Source of the DNA: a virus
Taxonomy: Duplodnaviria; Caudoviricetes
Length of the DNA: 64,000 nucleotides
Virus record (IMG/VR): IMGVR_UViG_3300020460_000012
Direction: 5' to 3' (one strand)
Shown piece after piece: positions 53,896 to 61,191 of this stretch; position 1 is the stretch's first letter; each line of letters opens with the position of its first letter. The notes under the pieces were generated by a model, which had not been told where the DNA came from, did not search any database, and saw only the letters and a list, made by a program, of their open reading frames with translations. Position numbers and translations under genes: made by a program.

Positions 53896-55056
53896 ATGCC
53901 AAGACTGTCTTTATATAAACCAGAACGCGGTAACGATTTTCATTTTCTTGACAAGCAAATTCAGGAAATGTTCACTGTTGGCGGTACTGATATCAATGTT
54001 CACAAGTATTTAGGTGCTAGGAACCCATCATCTGCAGAATCAACGTCTGATCAACCAAGATATGATGCTGTAAAAGAAACTAATATACAAGATCTATTAT
54101 TTTTAGAAAATAGAGATAGAAAATATGATCCAGACGTATATACAATGCGAGCAGTATACAATGTACAGGATATAGATTTTGATCTAAGCCAATTTGGTTT
54201 ATTTTTAAGTAATGATACATTGTTTATGACCATACATATTAATAGTTCTGTGAAAACATTAGGCAGAAAAATTATGAGTGGTGATGTAATAGAATTACCA
54301 CACTTAACAGACGAATACGCTTTAAATGATTATGATGTAGCCCTAAAGAGATTTTATGTTGTAGAAGATGTAAACAGAGCCGCAGAAGGCTTTAGTCAAA
54401 CATGGTATCCTCATTTATACAGGCTTAAATTAAAGCAGATATACGATACTCAAGAATACAAAGAAATATTAGATTTACCTGCAAGCGAAAACTCAAGCAA
54501 TACATTAAGAGATGTACTTTCTACGTATGAGAAAGAAATGCAAATTAATAGAGCAGTAGTAGCACAAGCTGAACAAGACGCACCTAAGAGTGGGTTCGAC
54601 ATAAGTCATTTTTACTCTATTGCAACAAATGACGACGGTTCAGTGGCACTACAAACTGCTGACGAAACAGATTTAGATGCTTCTATGATCAATACTACAG
54701 CAGACGAAATAGCTGATAGACCAGACAGAGAAGGATATACAGGTTACTTAGTAGGTACAGGTGATGCCGCTCCAAACGGTGCTCCTTTTGGATTTGGAAT
54801 AGCATTTCCAAAAGATAATAGGAATGGAGACTACTTTCTACGCACTGACTTTTTGCCTAACAGAATGTTTAAGTTTGATGGCAACAGGTGGGTTAAACAA
54901 AATGATGATATTAGAATGACACTAAGTAACACATTAGAAAAACAAACACAGAAGGCAAGCTTTATTAATAATACAGCGTCAAGTACAATTAATGGTGAAG
55001 TTGTACCAGAAAGACAAAGCTTATCTAAAGCACTTCGTCCAAAAAAGGATAACTAA
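53896..55056 (+). CDS. gp14: Neck protein gp14-like (start revised to 53896)
   Basis: MPRLSLYKP start after TAAATA; DLSQFGLFL and GDVIELPH motifs. Confidence 0.7.
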   Translation: MPRLSLYKPERGNDFHFLDKQIQEMFTVGGTDINVHKYLGARNPSSAESTSDQPRYDAVKETNIQDLLFLENRDRKYDPDVYTMRAVYNVQDIDFDLSQFGLFLSNDTLFMTIHINSSVKTLGRKIMSGDVIELPHLTDEYALNDYDVALKRFYVVEDVNRAAEGFSQTWYPHLYRLKLKQIYDTQEYKEILDLPASENSSNTLRDVLSTYEKEMQINRAVVAQAEQDAPKSGFDISHFYSIATNDDGSVALQTADETDLDASMINTTADEIADRPDREGYTGYLVGTGDAAPNGAPFGFGIAFPKDNRNGDYFLRTDFLPNRMFKFDGNRWVKQNDDIRMTLSNTLEKQTQKASFINNTASSTINGEVVPERQSLSKALRPKKDN

Positions 55057-56480
55057 TGCAACATTTTTATGACGGACAGATTAGACGCTATACAACACAA
55101 ATGATGCGTATTCTAAGTAATTTTCCTGTTATAGACGGAGACGGGCAAACTAAAGAAGTACCTGTAATGTATGGTGACCTTACTAGGCAAGTTGCAAATA
55201 TTATAAGAGAAAATAGTGAAAATAAACTACCTAGTGCTCCGCGAATAAGTGTTTATATAACAGGATTAGAACTAGATAAAGATAGGTTAACAGATTCAAC
55301 TTACACTAGAAAAACTAATATACGTGAACGAGCATATGATGAAACTGCAAAAGAATATGTCAACACAGAAGGCAAAGCATATACAGTGGAAAGACTTATT
55401 CCTACTCCTTACTTAATGAGGTGTAATGCAGACATATGGGCAAGTAACACTGATCAAAAATTACAATTACTTGAACAAATTTTAGTATTGTTTAATCCTA
55501 GTTTAGAAATGCAAACAACAGATAATTTTATTGACTGGACAAGTATTACAGTTGTACATTTAGAAAATGTTCAATGGAGTAGTAGAAGTGTGCCAGTTGG
55601 CGTAGACACAGAGATAGATATTGCTACACTTAGTTTTAGTATTCCTGTGTATATAAGTCCGCCTACTAAAGTACGTAAGATGGGCGTCATTACAAATATT
55701 ATTACAAGTATGTTCGATGAGACAAACGGAACAATCGAAGATGGCATATCTCAACCTCAATTAAATGCATATGACGATACATCATTGCCAGGTAAATCAA
55801 CTGACTCTAGAGGTTCAAGGGTTGGTTCAACAGCTGGTGGACATTCAGCTAATGTTAACTTTGCCCAATGGACAGTATATGTAAGTCAAGGAAATGCACA
55901 GCTAGTTGCTAACGGTATGGTCGGTGTTAAAAACTGGAGAGAAATATTCACTGCACTACCTGGTGTTTATGCCGCAGGAGTAAGCAGAATATTCTTAACA
56001 AATGATGATAATTCTATGACTGCTACAGGTACTTTTGCTATTAATCCTCTTGATGAGGGAATGATTGCTATTGATTTTGATACCGATAGTTTCCCTGCAG
56101 ATACTATTATTACAAGTAGTTCGGGCTCTAGAACATCAGTAGATTATGTTATTGATCCTACAAATTATGATCCTACTCCTATTAAAGTTTCAGGACTTAG
56201 ATTGTTACTATTAGATAATGTAGGTGATGCAGATGCAACTAATGTTCCAAATGCTTGGGCTAATGCAGATGGTACCGGATTTGTTGCAAAGATAAATGAT
56301 ATTATTGAATGGGACGGCTCCAAATGGAATATTATATTTGATGCATCGGCAACTACAACAACCACATATATAACTAACCTACATACACAAACCCAATACA
56401 GATTTAAAAACCAAGAATGGTTATTAAGCATAGACGGAGACTATCCAGTAGGGACCTGGAGGATCGAACTCAGCGGATAA
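55056..56480 (+). CDS. gp15: Tail sheath stabiliser/terminator gp15-like
   Basis: FYDGQIRRY, VPVMYG, PRISVYI, QLLEQILVLFNP motifs. Confidence 0.75.
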   Translation: MQHFYDGQIRRYTTQMMRILSNFPVIDGDGQTKEVPVMYGDLTRQVANIIRENSENKLPSAPRISVYITGLELDKDRLTDSTYTRKTNIRERAYDETAKEYVNTEGKAYTVERLIPTPYLMRCNADIWASNTDQKLQLLEQILVLFNPSLEMQTTDNFIDWTSITVVHLENVQWSSRSVPVGVDTEIDIATLSFSIPVYISPPTKVRKMGVITNIITSMFDETNGTIEDGISQPQLNAYDDTSLPGKSTDSRGSRVGSTAGGHSANVNFAQWTVYVSQGNAQLVANGMVGVKNWREIFTALPGVYAAGVSRIFLTNDDNSMTATGTFAINPLDEGMIAIDFDTDSFPADTIITSSSGSRTSVDYVIDPTNYDPTPIKVSGLRLLLLDNVGDADATNVPNAWANADGTGFVAKINDIIEWDGSKWNIIFDASATTTTTYITNLHTQTQYRFKNQEWLLSIDGDYPVGTWRIELSG

Positions 56481-56488
56481 TTACTTGT

Positions 56489-56929
56489 ATGAGTGCAAGT
56501 ATTATATGTAGTGGAGCTTTATTCTATACTCTAAACACGAATCGCTTTTTATTTTTACATCGTAGTAATGGTAAAAAATCTGATGTTTGGGGGTTAGTAG
56601 GTGGCACAAATGAAGCAAAAGAAACTCCATGGGAAGGTCTCAAAAGAGAAATAATTGAAGAAATTGGTGAACTTCCTCCTCTAAAGAAAACGTTGCCACT
56701 TGAAAGTTTTTTAAGTAATGATAAAAAATTCTTATTCCACACTTATCTTTGTATTGTAGAAGAAGAATTTATTCCGCAACTTAACAAAGAACATGACGGT
56801 TTTGCTTGGTGTAGTTTTACTAAATGGCCAAAACCCTTACATCATGGACTACGTAACACACTACAAAGTAAAATTAATCTTACAAAACTTGAAACTGTTT
56901 TTCAAACCATTAATTTACTTGACAAATAA
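56489..56929 (+). CDS. Nudix hydrolase (start revised to 56489)
   Basis: GGTNEAKETPWEGLKREIIEEIG Nudix box. Confidence 0.85.
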   Translation: MSASIICSGALFYTLNTNRFLFLHRSNGKKSDVWGLVGGTNEAKETPWEGLKREIIEEIGELPPLKKTLPLESFLSNDKKFLFHTYLCIVEEEFIPQLNKEHDGFAWCSFTKWPKPLHHGLRNTLQSKINLTKLETVFQTINLLDK

Positions 56930-56947
56930 GGCAAATAATAGTATAAT
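56919..56947 (+). promoter_or_regulatory. Consensus sigma70 promoter, leaderless, for the heptose operon
   Basis: TTGACA-17-TATAAT, 6 nt before ATG 56954. Confidence 0.85.
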
Positions 56948-56953
56948 AGTTAT

Positions 56954-58093
56954 ATGAAAGTTCTAGTTCTTGGAGATATAATTACTGACAAATACATCTA
57001 CGGTACTTCTACACGTATTAGTCCTGAGGCTCCTGTGCCAATAGTGAATCTTACAGATGTTAAAACTTCATTAGGTGGCGCTGGTCTTGTAAGTAGCAAT
57101 TTAAAAAATTTAGGTGTAGATGTAACATTAGTATCTAATGAACAACCAAAAAGTGTAAAAACTAGAATTATAGCTGATGGACACTACATTACAAGACTAG
57201 ATGAAGATCAAAAAGCAGACGGAAAAGCTGTATTAAAAAATATTCTCAAAAGTGATTTTTCTTCATTTGATTATGCTATACTAAGTGATTATAACAAAGG
57301 TGTATTAGATCACTGTAATGAAATTATAGACCATATTAATAGTTATGGCTGTAAAGTTATTGTAGATCCAAAACGTAATTATACACATTACAAAAATGCA
57401 TGGCTTGTAAAACCAAATGCAAAAGAATATAAAGAATTTCAGTTTGATAAGCACGAAGGAAATATTATTGTTACAAATGCATCTGGTGCTATTAGAGCAG
57501 AGTTTGATGGCGAGCAACATTTTATTATACCTGAACAGGTTGAGGTTAGTGATGTTACTGGAGCAGGAGATTGTTTCTTAGCGGCATTTGTATATGGTCT
57601 TACAAAAGGTAAAAACATAAAAGATAGCTTAGAACTTGCATCTAAAGGAGCAACCGAAAGTGTTAAGCACTTAGGAACGTACACGCTTTCATTAGATGAT
57701 ATTGAAGAAACCACTGTGTTTACTAACGGTGTTTTTGATATATTGCACAAAGGACATTTGCATTTACTTCAAGAAGCTAGTAAACTAGGAAGTCGTCTTG
57801 TTGTAGCAATTAATTCAGATGATAGTGTAAAAAGATTAAAGGGTAATGATCGCCCTATTAATGATGTAAAAAAACGCACTGAACAATTAGCAATGTTACC
57901 TTGGGTTGACGAGGTACATGTTTTTGATTATGATACTCCTTATGAACTTATAAAACATATAATGCCAAGTATAATTGTAAAAGGAGGCGATTATACTACA
58001 GATACAGTTGTAGGTAATGACTTAGCAGAAGTGAAAATTATTCCTACGTTAGAAGGTTATTCTACAACAAAAATAATAGAGGATATTAAATGA
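56954..58093 (+). CDS. hldE: Bifunctional heptose 7-phosphate kinase / heptose 1-phosphate adenylyltransferase
   Basis: RISPEAPVP, SDYNKG, DVTGAGD, TNGVFDILHKGH and VKGGDY motifs. Confidence 0.92.
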   Translation: MKVLVLGDIITDKYIYGTSTRISPEAPVPIVNLTDVKTSLGGAGLVSSNLKNLGVDVTLVSNEQPKSVKTRIIADGHYITRLDEDQKADGKAVLKNILKSDFSSFDYAILSDYNKGVLDHCNEIIDHINSYGCKVIVDPKRNYTHYKNAWLVKPNAKEYKEFQFDKHEGNIIVTNASGAIRAEFDGEQHFIIPEQVEVSDVTGAGDCFLAAFVYGLTKGKNIKDSLELASKGATESVKHLGTYTLSLDDIEETTVFTNGVFDILHKGHLHLLQEASKLGSRLVVAINSDDSVKRLKGNDRPINDVKKRTEQLAMLPWVDEVHVFDYDTPYELIKHIMPSIIVKGGDYTTDTVVGNDLAEVKIIPTLEGYSTTKIIEDIK

Positions 58094-58698
58094 CAAAAAA
58101 GGTAGTAATTGATAATGCTGTGCCAAAAGAAGTGTTTAAAAAAATCCAAGAACATATGTTAAGTTTACAATACAATTGGCATTATGGAGAAGGTGTAGCA
58201 GATAAAGGCGATGTTGGTAACTTTCAATTTGTCCATACAATACATGAAGGTTATTATATGGATCGACCAAATGACTATCAGGTAATATATCCTGTCATGG
58301 ATGTGTTGGGTCCTCAATTACTAATAAGGGTAAAGGCAAACTTACTTACAAAAACAGATACAAACGAAGTACATGGCATGCATAATGACACAGTTATTCC
58401 AGGTGCATTAACTGCGGTATACTATTTAAATACTAATAATGGATACACTATTTTCGAAGATGGAGACAAAGTCGAAAGTGTTGAGAATACATTGGTTATT
58501 TTTCCTGCAAAAATTAGACATAGTGGTGCTAGTTGTACAGACAAACTTAGAAGAGTAGTAATTAATTTTAATTTTATACCTTGGAGAGATGATCCTAAAT
58601 GGCATGCACTAATGGATGACGAAGATATAAGATATCGGAATCATTGGGAAAAGGACATGCAATTACCTTATGATAACAACGGAGTGCCGTGTAAATGA
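58090..58698 (+). CDS. 2OG-Fe(II) oxygenase
   Basis: MHND, YYLNTNNGYT, RHSG and RVVINFN motifs. Confidence 0.8.
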   Translation: MTKKVVIDNAVPKEVFKKIQEHMLSLQYNWHYGEGVADKGDVGNFQFVHTIHEGYYMDRPNDYQVIYPVMDVLGPQLLIRVKANLLTKTDTNEVHGMHNDTVIPGALTAVYYLNTNNGYTIFEDGDKVESVENTLVIFPAKIRHSGASCTDKLRRVVINFNFIPWRDDPKWHALMDDEDIRYRNHWEKDMQLPYDNNGVPCK

Positions 58699-59516
58699 GA
58701 ATACTAGTAACTGGATATAAAGGATTTATCGGAAAAAATTTATCTAACTATTTGCTTACCCAAGGACATGATGTGGAGGGTTGGGAGTATATAGATAATA
58801 CTGTGCCAGATCCTAGTTCATATGATTGGGTCATTCATCTTGGTGCTATTACAAGCACTACATATACAGATGTAGATCAAATAATTGAACAAAACTTTGA
58901 AAATAGTATGCGTATGTTGCAGGTTTGTGAAAATTATGGAACTAATTTTCAATATGCTTCTAGTGCTAGTGTTTATGGTCCTACTACACATTTTACAGAA
59001 AATGGACCTTTACTTCCTCAATCTCCGTATGCATGGTCAAAATATTTATTTGACCGATTTGTAATTAAACATATTGAAGAATTTACTGTGCTTGTACAAG
59101 GATTTAGATATTTTAACGTATATGGTCCTGGCGAAAATGATAAAGGAAGCCAAGCATCTCCTTGGACTAAGTTTAGATTACAAGCGTTAGATGAAGGAAA
59201 GATTGATGTATTTGAAGGTAGCAGTGAGTACAAACGTGACTTTGTCTGTGTTGAAGATGTTTGTAAAGTACATCAAAAAATGTTGACTGTCGATGCAAGC
59301 GGCATCTACAATGTTGGAACAGGAAATCCAGAAAGCTTTGAAAACGTAGCTAGAGAAATTGCAAAAAAATACGATGCTACAATTAATTATATTCCAATTC
59401 CAGATAATATTAAGCCTCAGTACCAAAAATATACTTGTGCAAATCTAGACAAATTAAATACTGTGATTGAAATGGATTGGAAAGGTATAAAGGAATATAT
59501 TAATGCTACAGAATAA
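58695..59516 (+). CDS. hldD: ADP-L-glycero-D-manno-heptose 6-epimerase
   Basis: TGYKGFIG, YASSASVYG, YAWSK, RYFNVYGP and RDFVCVED motifs. Confidence 0.88.
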   Translation: MRILVTGYKGFIGKNLSNYLLTQGHDVEGWEYIDNTVPDPSSYDWVIHLGAITSTTYTDVDQIIEQNFENSMRMLQVCENYGTNFQYASSASVYGPTTHFTENGPLLPQSPYAWSKYLFDRFVIKHIEEFTVLVQGFRYFNVYGPGENDKGSQASPWTKFRLQALDEGKIDVFEGSSEYKRDFVCVEDVCKVHQKMLTVDASGIYNVGTGNPESFENVAREIAKKYDATINYIPIPDNIKPQYQKYTCANLDKLNTVIEMDWKGIKEYINATE

Positions 59517-60195
59517 CGGAGATCATAATATACTTTGTCCGTTTGGACCTATGATTTATGAAAGTAAAATAAGTGAGGAAGATATAAAATTTGTAAAAAG
59601 TTTTGCAGAAATAAATAGAGATTCTGCATCGCAAGGGTCTGCTTTATCAGGAAATATAAAAGAACAACGAGGTAATGAAAAAGCTGATCCAAAAATGCTA
59701 TCTACTATGATGGAAGTACTACGTCCGCATATTATAAATTGGATAATTGCTGATGACCAAAGAAAGTTAATTAATGCAGGTGCTTCTAGCGAAGAAAAAA
59801 TTATGATAGAAACAGTTGACTATGACAGCATGAAATGGCATTTAGGAAATGGTGTATGGTTTAATTTTATGAAGCAACACGAATTTAATCCTTTGCATTG
59901 CCATACAGGTACGTTAAGCGGTATTATAATGGTTGAAGTTCCGGAAGTAATAGCTACTGAACCCGATATATTTCCTATGGATTCTAATGCAAGATGCCCT
60001 GGACAATTAGAATTTGTGCATGGTAGTTATGGCGCAGGCGCACATAGGATTATTCCTAAAACTGGACAAATTTTTGTATTCCCAGCAGAACTAAGGCATC
60101 AGGTTTATCCATTTCAAAGTGATGTAGAAAGAATTACTATGAGCTGGAATGTTTTTGATATTTCGTTTGATAAGAAAAAGGATATGTGGAACTAA
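59503..60195 (+). CDS. 2OG-Fe(II) oxygenase (TIGR02466-like)
   Basis: FNPLHCH, LSG, FPAELRHQVYP and RITMSWN motifs. Confidence 0.8.
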   Translation: MLQNNGDHNILCPFGPMIYESKISEEDIKFVKSFAEINRDSASQGSALSGNIKEQRGNEKADPKMLSTMMEVLRPHIINWIIADDQRKLINAGASSEEKIMIETVDYDSMKWHLGNGVWFNFMKQHEFNPLHCHTGTLSGIIMVEVPEVIATEPDIFPMDSNARCPGQLEFVHGSYGAGAHRIIPKTGQIFVFPAELRHQVYPFQSDVERITMSWNVFDISFDKKKDMWN

Positions 60196-60587
60196 TGAAA
60201 GAACCTACAAGATTAGAAGGACATGTACCCAAAGGTTGGGGCTATGAATTAATATGGGCAACTAACGACAAGTACTGTGGTAAGATAATGGTATTTGAAA
60301 AAGTAGGTGCAAAGTTTAGTATGCATTTTCACAAAGAAAAAGAAGAAACATGGTTTGTTAATAGCGGAAAATTTATCGTAAGATGGATTGATACTTCTAA
60401 TGCTACGTTACACGAGAAAGAATTAAAAGAAGGTGATGTTTGGCATAATCCTCCTTTACAACCTCATCAGTTAGAATGTTTAGAACCTATGAGTTCAGTA
60501 ACTGAAGTTAGTACAGCTGATTCAGTAGAAGATAATTACAGACTTATTCCAGGCGACAGTCAAAGTAAAGAAACAGAAAATGGTTGA
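60186..60587 (+). CDS. Cupin-fold sugar isomerase-like protein
   Basis: PKGWGYE, SMHFHKEKEETW, PLQPHQL, EVST motifs. Confidence 0.8.
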   Translation: MELMKEPTRLEGHVPKGWGYELIWATNDKYCGKIMVFEKVGAKFSMHFHKEKEETWFVNSGKFIVRWIDTSNATLHEKELKEGDVWHNPPLQPHQLECLEPMSSVTEVSTADSVEDNYRLIPGDSQSKETENG

Positions 60588-61191
60588 AATAAGTTGGAGT
60601 GACGACTATGATCCTAGTCCTAATTATATCGCACCTAAGTGTGTAGTAGGATTAGATAGAGATGGTGTAATCAACAAAGATCTAGGCACATATTGTTACA
60701 AAATAAAAGACTTTGAACCTATTCCTGGTAGCATAGAAGCTATTGCTAAACTACGCAGATTAGGTCATAAGATTACAATTATCACAAATCAAGGTGGTAT
60801 TGAAAAAGGATTATTTACGCAAGAAGATGTAGATAACGTACATAAGCATTTGTTTGAATTACTAGGTAAAGCTGGTTGCACTAGTATAGACGGAATCTAC
60901 TATAGTGCTAGTAGCAGAAAAAATGATATGTACGCGAAGCCTAATATAGGAATGTTCAAACGATGTGAAAAAGAAATACCACACGTAAAGTTTGCACAAG
61001 GTTTTTATGTTGGTGACAAAATTACTGATTTAAAGGCCGCAATGAAAATAGGTGCTATTCCTATCTTAGTACGCACCGGATATGGTGAAGAAACAGAAAA
61101 ATTATTAAATAGATTTACTTACAAAGCAATAAAAAAGCGTACCAAAGTTTTTGATACGCTTTCTGACTTTGTAAAAAGTTTAGAAAATTAA
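60580..61191 (+). CDS. gmhB: D,D-heptose 1,7-bisphosphate phosphatase (HAD IIIA)
   Basis: LDRDGVIN, ITNQGG, KPNIGM, VGD and LVRTGYG motifs. Confidence 0.85.
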   Translation: MVEISWSDDYDPSPNYIAPKCVVGLDRDGVINKDLGTYCYKIKDFEPIPGSIEAIAKLRRLGHKITIITNQGGIEKGLFTQEDVDNVHKHLFELLGKAGCTSIDGIYYSASSRKNDMYAKPNIGMFKRCEKEIPHVKFAQGFYVGDKITDLKAAMKIGAIPILVRTGYGEETEKLLNRFTYKAIKKRTKVFDTLSDFVKSLEN

